Assembly: GCA_964106645.2 (NCBI GenBank) | Contig: OZ067042.1 | DNA length: 64,000 bases | Direction: 5' to 3' (one strand) | Source: Podarcis pityusensis | Taxonomy: Eukaryota | In this document: in pieces, positions 12,851 to 25,655 of the stretch | Layout of the letters: every line of letters starts with the position of its first letter | How positions within the stretch are numbered: position 1 is the stretch's first letter | Made by a program: the position numbers and the translations under genes | Notes under the pieces: model-generated | What the model was told of the DNA's origin: nothing | The model's input: the letters and a program-made list of their open reading frames with translations, nothing else | Databases searched by the model: none

Positions 12851-15576
12851 TGGTGTCAAATATAGTAACATAGACTGCTTTAATTCCTTTAAATGTTTGG
12901 GGGAATAAACTATTAAACACTGAACTATATCCATTGCTTAATTTAACAACCAATATATTAGTTGATTATTTCTACTAGCATACATCAACTAGCGACATCA
13001 GATTTCAGCTCCCATAAAGGAGCTTGCTGTTCATTATCCCAGTTCTACGAGAGCATCTTCACACTGCCCAGATTTAATTATGCAAGATTATGTTGTACTG
13101 TCTATAATTCCTTTCTCTTTTCCACTGCAGATCCTTGGATCATGCCGCCATTTGCTTTGCTTAATTTCATAAAATGTCTGAGCCCACCTTCTCCAACCCC
13201 AAATTAGTTAACCTATTGCTTTATGCTAAATGAGCATTGGGAAATGCAAGTTGTGTGGTTCTGGAAGTGATATTTCTATTGCTGTGTAGGAGATTGAAAG
13301 CCTCAATGTGTGGCTGAGACATTGGTGTTGGAAAGAGGGGTTTGGATTTGTTAGGCACTGGAAAGTGGAATCAAGGATTCAAAGAGCCCCATGATATAGG
13401 GAAGCACTGTCACAAGTGAATCAATGCTTGGCTGATGTCGTATACCTACAGCAGCTTCAAAATTGGGGTGGTGGCTATTCTAGAGGGTTTCTCCAGTTTC
13501 TGGAGTGGCTTTTCAGGGGTTGCAGTGGGAAGGGGGAGCTTAGATTTCACAAGGAAGAATCAAAAGTTCCCATGCACAGACAGAAGATCCACCAGTACAC
13601 TGGCCTTGTGCCCATTTGTGCAGTAAACCAGGAAACTATTGCGTGCAAGGCAGCTCTGTGTACACAGCAAAATCTCTTTGTCCACAAGGAATTGCTGTGT
13701 TGTGCCAACTTCTATATTACAATTGCAGAGCCTTTGCTAATCCCGGTCTTCTTCCATTTAGATCACCATTAAGAGTGCTCATACCCAAGCTTTACAAATT
13801 CCAGCAGATGCATTAGATGTCTCGTCAAAAGATGTGTAAAATCCATGGGGTTCTAGGAGTTTGTTCAGTATTCAAGCAACCCTTGTTTACATAGTAAGGA
13901 TGGCTCGTGTGATCTCTCCCTCCCCGCCCCCCACATACACATTAGAAAAAAGTGGCAAATACAGAAACATGACTGATTCATCTGCCCAAGTTGGGGTGGC
14001 TTTTTAAGTCACTGTTTTCAATTTAAAAACAAAAAACCCTGAACCATTTCATGCGCCATGAAATCCTCAACAATTGAGGAGTTGCACTGTGGTGTTTCGT
14101 ATCCCTACCCTTAAAAAAAATGAAAATTTCTGTTTAACTTGCAAAAATAAAGGATCCTATTTACCCCTATTAAAATTGAATAGGAAAGGCACTACCTATC
14201 TCCAGCAACTGATCAAAATTGGGTTCTTTTTGTAAAGAACTATATTTCATTTCATTATGTAAAAAAAACCAACATTATAAAACATTGCAGGCATCCATTG
14301 GATCTCAGGCTAAGCTTAACCTTAGGTTCATTCTTCTCCAAGTTGTCTTTATCTTGACACAGGAGTTAATACTCTCAAAGAGCAAAACTCATGTTTTATT
14401 TGTATTATTTTTTCTTATTAATCTAGTGGGGTTTATTAAACACCTTCCATATTTTACCTAGGCATTTTTGGTTTTCTCTTTGGTTTTCTCCTCCAGAGAT
14501 TTCTAATGAAGGATGCCTCATTGGAAGGTTGTATCTTTTCCCAGCTGGTTGGTTTGTCTCTAAATAAATAAATACTCAACCCTAAAGTGCTTGAGACTCA
14601 CAGTTGCTCAACACAAAACTGCTCTAATGAATCTCAGTAGCAGTTTTGTTAAAATATAATCATGTCAACAACACTGTGGAGGCCAGTGTACCCTAGTAAC
14701 GTGTGTTTAGCAGTGTTTTTTGACTGTGATTTCCAGTAAATTTATTATGTTAAACACAGAGTCACACTGAAATAAATTGTATCTTTATTGCTTGCTGGGA
14801 GTTTAATAAGGTGCTCCAATTTAACTCAAAGGCAGATTGATGTCAAAACAAATGATGTAAGAGGGTTAAGCGGACAGGCGATAGCTTTAAAAGTGGGTTG
14901 TATAAAATAGACATTGGGAGTGAGACCTTATGGATTAAATTCAAGTTCTGTGTCTGGAATGACCAGGGCATCTTGTTCACATTACACCCGGACAACCAAT
15001 TTACATTTATGGTGAGAGGAAAGCATTAACACTGCAACATCTCTCTTACGCATCATTGAACTTTGCTTGCTGCTTTATTTAAATCTACACTTGTTTTAAT
15101 TAAGCTCTTCTGTAAATAATTGAGCGTGGTTATGAGCATTTATCCTGGCTATATTATGAAAATACTGCCTGCAGACTGTGGAGGCAGCTTTATTGCAAAG
15201 CAATAATCATTTAGACAGCACAACAGCATGGAAGCCAGTAGTAAAAAAACCAGAATTTTATGAGTCTCCTCCCTGCTGCATCGAAACCTGAACTGAATGC
15301 AGTTAGACCAACAGCAATTCAATTAAAGGCTTACTGGAGGATGGTGGTTCCTAAATAGATTTCATGTGTTCTTCTTGCTCCTATTCAATAAACACTTTGA
15401 ATTTTTATTTATAGAGCATATGTTGCCAATTTAAACAATAGAACATGGTGGTATAAAACCATCATAAAAACATTATAAAATGATTAAAATGACTGATCAA
15501 AAAGGTTGCATAGGCCTGTCTACATAAAAAGGCCTTAGGAGATGGCTGAAATTTAACATACTGTATCTTTGCTGGA

Positions 15577-15943
15577 GGGGACGCAGGTGGCGCTGTGGGT
15601 AGAACCTCAGTGCCTAGGGCTTGCCGATCGCATGGTCGGTGGTTCGAATCCCCGCGGCGGGGTGAGCTCCCGTCTTTTGGTCCCAGCTCCTGCCCACCTA
15701 GCAGTTCGAAAGCACCCCTAAGTGCAAGTAGATAAATAGGTAGCGCTTTATAGCGGGAAGGTAAACGGCGTTTCCGTGTGCTGCGCTGGTGCCGGCTCGC
15801 CAGAGCAGCCTCGTCACGCTGGCCACGTGACCCGGAAGTGTCTCCGGACAGCGCTGGCCCCCGGCCTCTTAAGTGAGATGGGCGCACAACCCTAGAGTCG
15901 GACACGACTGGCCCGTACGGGCAGGGGTACCTTTACCTTTACC
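15577..15943 (+). mobile_element. Full-length young Sauria SINE
   Basis: tRNA-derived head (A box GGTGGCGCTGTGG, B box GGTTCGAATCC at 15641-15651), (ACCTTT)n tail, and a perfect 13-bp TSD TATCTTTGCTGGA. CpGs are largely retained. Confidence 0.95.
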
Positions 15944-16254
15944 TATCTTTGCTGGAACAGCTGAGGGATTCTGACACAAAATGTGCAACTCTCAATGGAG
16001 GCCAGCCAGGCCTCTGTAACATGGGCAACTCAGTGGTCAGGCCAGGACATAAGGGCTAAAGTGGTCCTTACAGCATCCTGGACCCAAGCTGATAAGAGCT
16101 TTGTATGATCTGTCTCTGTTACCAAGACTAAACTGCTAACCGGCTGTTTTTAACTTTATTCACTGGTTTGCCAGTATCCCAAAGGATCAAAGCATGAGTA
16201 CCATGAGCCCAAACCCCAATAATGGATGACCAGCTGAATCTCAAGGGGATTTCC

Positions 16255-16735
16255 AGAGTCCATTGTGCTATGTCTGCATTGGCTTGACTGCATTGGCGCT
16301 CCGTTTCCAAACTCATTTCAAAGTACTGTTTTTGAGCTTTAAAGCTGCCTGCACCTCAGGACCCCAGTACCTCAAGGATTGCCTGTCCCCACATGACCAT
16401 CATCAGAGTCTCTTCTCCGTGAGCCTCCTGTGAGGGAAGTGAGGTGAGTGGCAGCCTGAGAACCTGCTCTTTCAGGAATGGCTCCCCATTTGTGGAATGC
16501 TCTCCCCCTGGGAAGCATGTGTGATGCCATCATTATTCTATAACCAGACCCTTGGCTGCTAAATAATCTATGGCCTTTTAAATGTGTTTGTGGGAGGAGG
16601 TTTTTTTGGGGGGTGTTCTTATTATGATACGCATTTTGTGTTTTTCCATTTTGTATTTTACTGCTGAAAACCGCCCTGTGATCTTCGGATGACAGGCAGT
16701 GTATGAATTTTAATCACCATCATCATCATCATCAG
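16255..16735 (+). mobile_element. L2 LINE 3' fragment (decayed)
   Basis: Remnants of LHWL..FKVL..FKA..GPQYLKDCL and an L2-type 3' end (AAAACCGCCCTGTGATCTTCGGATGA..). Approximate bounds. Confidence 0.65.
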
Positions 16736-17642
16736 CTTTTAGGCACCAGACTTAAGGCGTCTCTGTTTGCTCCAGCTTCTAGTCATTAATTTAGATTGCA
16801 CTGAGTTGTGATTTCTGGCCAGCTATGTGGTGGTCATCTTTTTAATGGAGTGGCGTAGGATTTGTCCTTTTTATAGTTATTGGTGGACGAGCACTTCTAG
16901 GAATTTTGTTCTGTTGTTCTCTTCTCCTACCCCAAGAAACACCTATGACAGCAGGGACCAAAAGGAAGACCAAACTGAACCTAAAGTTGCCTTGGCAGTT
17001 TAGTTAAGCGTGGCAACTTTTCAAGTTGTTAGCACTTAAGTGTCTTTGCAAGGAAGGAGGATGGGGAGAAAACCAGAACAACTTGGCCACACCCATGGAA
17101 CCTCCTAGCAGCCCCACCAGGTCCAGTGCTTCCATTCACACTACTAAGGTTGCAGGAGGGATCTCTCCGCAGCATGGCTTGCCATAAACCACAAGGGCTG
17201 CAACCCGATGGAAAACCAGACATCTCCCAGTCATTTGCAGAAGCCATTGGGCTGTGAAATCCTTTATGGAGCTGAGCCTATATATTTGTACCCGCACATA
17301 GTATACTTTTACTTCAGTTGACTTATTTATATTTTTTTAACAAAAATTAAATGCTGTCTTCCCAACATCTGTCGAAAGCAGCTTAAAACACATCTATAAT
17401 AATTAAATTCATATTTAGGAAAAATTACATATTCAGCCAATTAAAAATATCTATCCTTCTAGCAGATGCCAATTGGTGTTACATTTCTGATCAATTTTAG
17501 ACAGAGTCAATACATTGCCAAGCACACACCCAGTCTCTGAGTAGTGAATTTTTTCATGGGAGCTTGCAAGTGCCTTGGGTTTAGTTTCTATAGTATGAAG
17601 GCTGGTAGTGATTGTAGTGTTTCTGTGATATGGTTTTGTTTA

Positions 17643-17670
17643 GCGCGCGCGCGCGCGCGCACACACACAC
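17643..17670. repeat. (GC)9(AC)5 alternating purine-pyrimidine microsatellite
   Basis: Read directly from the sequence. Confidence 0.95.
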
Positions 17671-18029
17671 TGTAGACTGAGCATAATATGGAAGGGCTCT
17701 CAACATTAACAAAGCCAACAGATCTTACTATTCTCCCATTAGGTTTCTAGGGGAGCTTTCAGACTCTTAGTACTAGATTCTCACAGGGAGAGAAATCAGG
17801 TCTCTCTGTCTTTCCAACTCCCAGTTACTAGCCTGACTGGTTCTTTTGTTCTTCTGCACACTCAGTCCCACACCTTGATGGCATCACCTCCAGCCAGGTG
17901 AGAGAAGGGAGAATACCTTCCTGCCTAAGCTCACCTCCTGGAAAGATTTCCAGCTATTTTCTGCGGAACAGTTTAGCCCAAGCATAACATAACAACATCT
18001 GATACTTCACAGACTTGGCTATAGCTATT

Positions 18030-19214
18030 AACATAGAACATAGAACATAGAATCATAGAGTTGGAAGAGACCACAAGGGCCATCGAGTCCAACCCCCTGC
18101 CAAGCAGGAAACACCATCAGAGCACTCCTGACATATGGTTGTCAAGCCTCTGCTTAAAGACCTCCAAAGAAGGAGATTCCACCACACTCCTTGGCAGCAA
18201 ATTCCACTGTCGAACAGCTCTTACTGTCAGGAAGTTCTTCCTAATGTTTAGGTGGAATCTTCTTTCTTGTAGTTTGGATCCATTGCTCCATGTCCGCTTC
18301 TCTGGAGCAGCAGAAAACAACCTTTCTCCCTCCTCTATGTGACATCCTTTTATATATTTGAACATGGCTATCATATCACCCCTTAACCTCCTCTTCTCCA
18401 GGCTAAACATGCCCAGCTCCCTTAGCCGTTCCTCATAAGGCATCGTTTCCAGGCCTTTGACCATTTTGGTTGCCCTCCTCTGGACACGTTCCAGTTTGTC
18501 AGTGTCCTTCTTGAACTGTGGTGCCCAGAACTGGACACAGTACTCCAGGTGAGGTCTGACCAGAGCAGAATACAGTGGCACTATTACTTCCCTTGATCTA
18601 GATGCTATACTCCTATTGATGCAGCCCAGAATTGCATTGGCTTTTTTAGCTGCCGCGTCACACTGTTGGCTCATGTCAAGTTTGTGGTCAACCAAGACTC
18701 CTAGATCCTTTTCACATGTACTGCTCTCAAGCCAGGTGTCACCCATCTTGTATTTGTGCCTCTCATTTTTTTTGCCCAAGTGCAATACTTTACATTTCTC
18801 CCTGTTAAAATTCATCTTGTTTGTTTTTGCCCAGTTCTCTAATCTGTCAAGGTCGTTTTGAAGTGTGATCCTGTCCTCTGGGGTGTTAGCCACCCCTCCC
18901 AGTTTGGTGTCATCTGCAAATTTGATCAGGATGCCCTTGAGTCCATCATCCGAGTCGTTGATAAAGATGTTGAATAAGACCGGGCCCAAGACAGAACCCT
19001 GTGGCACCCCACTAGTCACTCTTCTCCAGGATGAAGAGGAACCATTGATGAGCACCCTTTGGGTTCGGTCAGTCAGCCAGTTACAAATCCACTGAGTGGT
19101 AGCATAGTCAAGACCGCATTTTACCAGCTTCTTTACAAGAATATCATGGGGCACCTTGTCAAATGCCTTGCTGAAATCAAGGTAGGCTACATCCACTGCA
19201 TTCCCTTCATCTAC
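18030..19214 (-). mobile_element. 5'-truncated young CR1 LINE with uninterrupted ORF2 (RT domain and C-terminus)
   Basis: The open frame from about 19214 to 18117 contains [29 protein letters not shown] and [17 protein letters not shown] short 3'UTR and a (TTCTATG)n-type tail lie at 18030-18058. Confidence 0.97.
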
Positions 19215-19338
19215 GTCACAGACAGACTGGTTCAACCACTTTTCACGGTCTCTTTTTCTGCAGCATCCACTCTTGCAGCAGCTACAAGATCACAGGAATG
19301 GAGGGGAATCCTGAGAGCACAACCAAACTAACCCCTAG

Positions 19339-19470
19339 TCATAGAATCATAAATATGTAGAGTTGGGAGGGATCCCAAGGGTGATCGAATCCAACCCCCT
19401 GCTGTGAAGGGACCTCAACTAAACCATACATGACTGGTGGCCCTCCAACTTATGCTTAAAAACCTACAGC
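19339..19470 (-). mobile_element. Older CR1 3'-end fragment
   Basis: TCATAGAATCATA..GAGTTGGGAGGGATCCCAAGGG..ATCCAACCCCCTGC resembles the tail of the CR1 at 18030. Confidence 0.75.
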
Positions 19471-20866
19471 AACTTTAAAAAAAAACCCAAAACCTACACC
19501 ACATCTTTTTTGCTGGGTTAAGATGGATTTCAAGGTCTTAGGTTAAATATTTTTATTTTCTGTGGGGAAAATACTGGTGTTAAACGCACCAAGTAATTGT
19601 AATGTTCAAAGCTGCCTCTTAACACTCCAGCTGTGCACTGCATCAAATGAATTGACATGGGGAAAACAGGAGACATTCACAGAATATTTAGGTCTAGGAA
19701 CATGAATTCTGTTGCCCACCAAAAAAAAAGCAAAAAGCTGATGTGCTCATTTCTCCTGTCCAGCCACATTCCGGTCTAACAATCGCTTGATGCTATTGAG
19801 TCCTTAAGAGAGGAGGTATTATGTTTTATCAGGCATAAACATTGTGCTCTGAGCACTTGGGAAATGTGATACCCCTGCAGCAGAAGCACAAAGGTGAGGA
19901 TTTGGAGCTTTAATTGCACAATCAATAGTTTAGATTCAAGGGCCTCCATAAAAGGATGTCTGATGAAATATTGCAGTTCAGAAATAAGTTCCTGAATCCA
20001 GTATTGATACTGCGATATTGCGTTTATTACCGTACAGAACACAGAAATCATGTGGCCTGTTCCAGCAACGCGAAGAAATTTGGTTCAGTTCGCCTTTTGA
20101 TGCAAACCTACCTAGTTTCCAAAATTCACCCTTCTCCTGATTTTGCAATGCAGTTCTCCAACCAGAAAATATGGACAGATGCATATATTTGAGGGAAATG
20201 TGTGTAAAAATGAATATTAGTGAAAACGGCATGAGCCCATTGCTGTGCACACTGCTGTCCTGTTATTTTGTCACTGTAGTTTTATGATTTGTAGTTTTAA
20301 AAATAACACACAGATCCTCTTTTTTTTTATTTTGGACATTTGTATCCTGGTCTTCAGCTAACAGGGCTCCCAAAGTGACTTCTATAAAATCAATACCAAC
20401 CAATAAAATGCTTAAAAGCATGATAGACACTCACTGAGGTATAAAGAGAGAAGGAACAGTTATGGAAGAAGGGGGTTGGCAAGTAGTTGGGGTTGGTGAA
20501 TGGAGCGAGCAAGGGGCGCATATATTTCATATATTTATATGTCACTTAATGTCTCTGAACAGTTTGCAGAAATAACATATGTAATAAACTATACAATGCA
20601 ATACTTTTGCCAAAGCACATCCTGACTCCCAGTATACAACAGTCACCCCAGTACCATAGACACAGTATTCTGCCTTCTATCTCTACTACAAATTCTGCCT
20701 TATATCTCTACACAAATAATACAGCACCCACTACACATCCCATTCTCCTCTCACAGCTCGCAAGCACCCATAAACACCACCCACCCCATCGCTCCAGTCC
20801 CTCCCACTTCATCCACATCCCCAAACCCACCTTGTGGCCCCTTCTTGTGAGACGCACTCCTAAGAC

Positions 20867-21117
20867 CAGGGGTCAGCAAACTTTTTCAGCAGGGAGCTGG
20901 TCCACTGTCCCTCAGACCTTGTGGGGGGCTGGACTATATTTTGAAAGACAAAAATGAACGAATTCCTATGCCCCACAAATAACCCAGAGATGCATTTTAA
21001 ATAAAAGCACACATTCTACTCATGTAAAAACACGCTGATTCCCGGACCATCTGCAAGCCAGTTTGAGAAGGCGATCGGGTCAGATCTGGCCTCCGGGCCT
21101 TCGTCTGCCTACCCATG
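20867..21117 (-). mobile_element. hAT MITE, same family as 4307-4558, opposite orientation
   Basis: Reverse-complement match to 4307-4558; TSD CCTAAGAC/CCTAAGAT (7 of 8 identical). Confidence 0.9.
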
Positions 21118-21496
21118 CCTAAGATGCACTTGGCCACAGGCAGCAGGGAACCATTTCTGCTGAGGTTGTGCTAAGTGGCACAAAGTCGCAGGGTGGAAAA
21201 AAATCAGCCCCCAAAGTTCAGAAGTCAGATGTTGATTCAAAATGCTCTAGCTAGCCAAACAAGCCCTGCAGCACCTGTCAAAACCTTTCCCTACAAGCTC
21301 ATAATTTAATGCCAGCTATTTGGCCTGCTAAGCCGCAGAAAAAGCAACGCCGAGGCTACAGCTCTGGCTCCCTTGCGCACAAAATACAGAGAGCTGCTTT
21401 TGAAGGAAACCGAAACTCCTGATGGGCCCACTGATTTCTCACTACAACCATACTGGACCTTTCCCTGGCATGAAAATAAAGAATAGGAATAAAGTT

Positions 21497-21795
21497 GTTA
21501 TTTATATCCCGTCCATCTGACTAGGTTTCCCCAGACAATCTGGGCAGCTTCCAGCACACATAAAAACATAATAAAAGGTCAAACACTAAAAGCAGGGCTG
21601 CCTTCAGATGTCTTCTAAAAGTCAGGTAGTTGTTTATTTCCTTGACATCTGATGGGAGGGCGTTCCACAGGGCGGGTGCCACTACTGAAAAGGCCCTCTG
21701 CCTGGTTCCCTGTGACCTCACTTCTCGCGGGGAGGGAACTGCCAGAAGGCCCTCTGCGCTGGACCTCAGTGTCTGGGCTAGATGATGGGGGTGGA
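21497..21795 (-). mobile_element. L2 LINE 3' end
   Basis: The minus frame reads RSSAEGLLAVPSPREVRSQGTRQRAFSVVAPALWNALPSDVKEINNYLTFRRHLKAAL, the L2 ORF2 C-terminus, followed by an L2 tail. Confidence 0.85.
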
Positions 21796-22190
21796 AATGC
21801 ACCATCTCCACCCCCCCCCAATAAAAAGTGCCTGTTTTTCTCTTTCAGGCATCACTTGCACTCCTCGGAGGAAAGGTGGAATGTAAATGAAATACATAAT
21901 ACATACAAGGGAACAGCTGTGAAGCACTTAGGAAGGTTCTGGTTAGTGGTATCACCTTTTTATACCTTTTTTTAAAGGAAGCTGGCATCCCACTTTATTA
22001 CAAGACCTTGGAAAGGAAGAAATAAAATATCAGTGAAATAAACTCTCTCTTTCTGTGGTTTGTATTTGGACTGTGAGAGGGCATCACAGTGATCTATCCT
22101 TGAGGACTTATACATGGACTTGCCCTTTCCCAAACCAAAGCAGGCACAACTCAGGCCTCTGTTCTCGGCAATGTAAGGATAATATATATA

Positions 22191-22416
22191 CAGTGGTACC
22201 TCGGGTTAAGTACTTAATTCGTTCCGGAGGTCTGTTCTTAACCTGAAACTGTTCTTAACCTGAAGCACCACTTTAGCTAATGGGGCCTCCCACTGCCGCC
22301 GTGCCGCTGGAGCACAATTTCTGTTCTCATCCTAAAGCAAAGTTCTTAACCTGAAGCACTATTTCTGGGTTAGCAGAGTCTATAACCTGAAGCATATGTA
22401 ACCCGAGGTACCACTG
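22191..22416 (+). mobile_element. Tc1/mariner (Tigger/pogo-type) MITE, family A copy 1
   Basis: TIRs CAGTGGTACCTCGGGTTA / TAACCCGAGGTACCACTG with a TA TSD. Confidence 0.92.
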
Positions 22417-22914
22417 TATATGTATTTAGTATGCATGCAAAACAATGACTTCTCAGATATCTGTATCTATCTACATAAGAGAAACAGGCCACACTGTCCT
22501 GGAGGGCTCAGAGCAATGTAATATATCCCCAATGTTTTCATTGAGCTAAGCAGAGAAAGAAAATGTACAGCATACCTGGCATACACAGCAGAAAAAGGGG
22601 GTGGAAAAGACACCGCCTCTCCTACCCTTTGATCTGTGTGCCTCACAGTTTCTGCACACACATTTTGCCTTGTAAGCATATCTGGATTTCTACATGGATC
22701 GGCTTAAGCTGTAGCAGGGAAAAGAGGGGAGGGATCAAAGCTGGGAACAAATGCAAACGAGAGAAGTAAAAGAAAAGAGAAGAGGAAACCTTGTGCAAAG
22801 CAAGGCTGCTTTTCTACCAGAATTTGCAAGAATCTCTCTCTCTTTCCTCCCACATGCAGAACAAACAGCAGCCATGTGAATAATAAAAATGGTGTTGAGG
22901 CGGGCTTTAAAAAT

Positions 22915-23085
22915 ATAGAGAGAATCATAGGATTCCCAAGGGTCATCTAGTCCAACCCACTGCAATGCAGGAATCGCAGCTAAATAATTGCTGACAGATG
23001 GCCAGCCCTACCTGTGTTTAAAAATCTCCAATGAAGGAGAGTCCGCCTTGCAAGGGAGCCCATTTCACTGTCAAATAGCTCTTCC
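22915..23085 (-). mobile_element. CR1 3'-end fragment
   Basis: AGAATCATAGG..CCCAAGGGTCATCTAGTCCAACCC..TTTAAAAATCTCCAATGAAGGAGAGTCC matches CR1 3' termini. Confidence 0.75.
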
Positions 23086-23139
23086 TCAGCCCTGTGGCTC
23101 CAGTTTGTATCTATAGAGACACACAAGCATATATACCTT

Positions 23140-23720
23140 TGTTTTAAAATAAAAAATAAAAATATTAAAATAAAGACAATATACAAACAACATCAAACAT
23201 ACTGATAAAAAAGGTGGGGAGGAAAATTAGAATGGATAAGAAGGAGGGGAAGGAAAGGGAAGGCCATACCCTACATTAAATTATGTGGTGCATATTTTAT
23301 CATCACAATCCAAGACACTGATAAATCACTTTATATCCTAATGTTCTGAAACATATCCTCTCCACAAACTTAATTGGACCATGTTCAGTCTCTTGTATTG
23401 ACATAAATAAAAAATTTAGACCAAGTAGCATAAAAGTGATCTGATTTAGATTCCCCTGTAGTTAGTTTTCTTTGATATGTGAAATGCTCAGAGATACCTA
23501 AATCCCAGGCTCTACCAACCCAGTAATCAACTGAGAAAGGTGAGCAAGATTTCCAGTGATTAGCTATTGACATTCTTGCCCACCATATTCCCAATCTGGG
23601 ATTTATATTGCTTTCTATCAAAAGCAAGGCCAAGACTGGATCTGGTGTTAGTGACTGATCTACAATTTGAGAGGTAAAATCCAATGACAAAATACACAGG
23701 ATCACAGCTTATAGAACTGA
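23140..23720 (-). mobile_element. L1/Tx1-type LINE 3' fragment (ORF2 C-terminus)
   Basis: ORF 23385-23705 contains ARMSIANHWKS..SVDYW..EHFTY..FYATWSKFFIYV, the A-R-x-x-I-A-x-x-W-K / W / E / F-x-x-x-W pattern of the L1 ORF2 C-terminus. A T-rich tail follows. Confidence 0.7.
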
Positions 23721-24854
23721 CATCACATATTAGTTTGTACTTTAGTATGAAAACACTCATTACCTATGATAGGGGTTGCCAACTTTTTTGGAATACTGGG
23801 CACACTGAATTTTGAAAGTGCTGTCAGCACCAATCACAATTCGCAATAAAATGATTTTGCTATCAAGGGACCCCTGTGGAAGAAACTGTTAGTCAGTCAT
23901 GCTGACTGCACTGCAGGATCAATCCTACTATGGGGCAGAGTGAAGTGTGACCATCACAGGCAGCATATATGGGTGACATAAAAGCTGGCAAAACATCAGT
24001 GATTTTAATTTCTTACATTTTGGTGACCCAAAGTGGGAGGGAAGCTGCTAAAATATTTCATATTCATTCTTATAGATCAATTTCCTTGCTGACATAGCTG
24101 TATGAAAACACATGGAAAATAAGAAGTATCTACAATTACGTAATCTGTTACGGAGCTTTAAAATTGATGTGCCTTCTGCATTGTCTCAGAATCTGTGGTG
24201 TTCCTATGCATTTTTAGGATGTGAAATCCGCAACAGTCAGGGTTTTGATTTTCTACAATCAGTTCTCTTTCCATTCTTGTATCATCTTAGATTTTTGGGA
24301 AATTATTTAAGGCACATCCTCATGACACTTACTCAGCAGATGAGATGTGATTATTCATGTGGGTGAGCAGTCCGCACTAGCAAATGGGCAGCATTTGCGA
24401 AATCCACCATCACTGCGTGGCAGGGCCAAAACAATCCATTTTAGGGTGTTTCAGGACATACAGACATTTTGGGGGGAAATAACAACAAATATTGACTGAA
24501 CTAGAAATTCAGCGGTCAAATCACAATGAAATATCACAATCCTGTAAAATGTATTGCAATTGTAACAAGCATGTTAAATGTATTCATTTATTTTTGTCTC
24601 TAAGCAGCTGATCTACACACATACACCATGGAGCTCAGTCACTTTCCATATCAAAGTAGCATCTTGCTGGCGACCTCTTTCCTGGAATTTGGACAAAGCT
24701 TGACACTCTTTTCAAACAGATGCTATTTCCATTCATTTGAGATGACACCATAGGTCAGAGTCATGGTGGACCTGTGCATTATCAGGTTTGTTTATTTAGC
24801 TCACATAGGAGTCACTGGAGAGTAAGACAGCTTGTATGGCATCATATATATATA

Positions 24855-25220
24855 AAACGTAAAAGTAAAGGACCCCTGGATGGTTGAGTCCAGTCAAAGG
24901 TTGCGACACTCATTTCGCTTTCAGGCCGAGGGAGCCGGCGTTGGTCCACAGATAGCTTTCTGGGTCATGTGGCCAGCATGAATAAACTGTTTCTGGCACA
25001 ATGGAACACCATGACAGAAAGCAGAATGCACGGAAACGCTGTTTACCTTCCTGCCACAGTGGTACCTATTTATCTACTTGCACTGGCGTGCTTTCGAACT
25101 GCTAGGTTGGCAGGAGCTGGGACAGAGAAACGGGAGCTCACTTCGTCGTGAGGATTTGAACCGCCGACCTTCCGATCGGCAAGCCCAAGAGGCTCAGTAG
25201 TTTAGACCACAGCGCCACCC
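24855..25220 (-). mobile_element. Sauria SINE (more diverged)
   Basis: Reverse complement of the SINE head (GGGTGGCGCTGTGG..), core (TTTCGAACTGCTAGGTTGGCAGGAGCTGGGAC) and ACCTTT-like tail. Confidence 0.9.
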
Positions 25221-25227
25221 TGTTTTA

Positions 25228-25655
25228 AAACAGCTGCACTGGTTATCAGCTTGTTTCCAGGCCCAATTCAGGGTACTCATGGTATTTAAAGCCCTAAATG
25301 ACCCAGGCCCCAAATATCTGAAAGACTGCCTCCTTCCCTACAGACCCTCTTGGGTGTTGAGATTGGAAGAGAGGCCTCTCTTGGTAGTTCCTCTGTCCCC
25401 AAAGGCTCGGGACAAGGGCAGTCTGGGAGAGGGCTTTATTGTGGTGGCCCCCTAGGTTATGGAATTCCCTTCCCACATATCTGGCACCTTCTTTATGCAG
25501 CTAATACTAAAGCAGCTTCTGATATGTAATGAGTATGTTTTTAGGACCCAGCTTATCTTTAGGACTGTTAAGTTGTTTAAAATGGTTTTTAATATTGTAT
25601 TTTAATGCTGTAACCTGCCCTGGGAACTTAGGGTGAAGGGCAGGTAATTAATAAA
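25228..25655 (+). mobile_element. L2 LINE 3' fragment
   Basis: Remnants of QLHWL..QFRV..FKALN..GPKYLKDCL..P.LWNSLP and the tail GTAACCTGCCCTGGGA..GAAGGGCAGG. Confidence 0.75.

Noticed and set aside
14540-15330. Possible conserved enhancer in repeat-poor intergenic DNA (also about 19540-19980 and 21125-21470)
   Set aside because: Plausible given the known long-range elements around HHEX-IDE, but it cannot be supported without alignments.
15577-15660. tRNA gene (A and B boxes)
   Set aside because: It is the tRNA-derived head of a Sauria SINE, continuous with the SINE body, tail and TSD.
15462-15905. 147-aa ORF (also 52578-52943, 36553-37262 and 54983-55594)
   Set aside because: These are incidental ORFs over GC-rich SINE or MITE sequence, with no recognisable domains.
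18117-19235. 372-aa host reverse transcriptase gene
   Set aside because: It is the 5'-truncated ORF2 of a CR1 LINE. It lacks the endonuclease domain and a promoter, and the listed start lies in flanking DNA.
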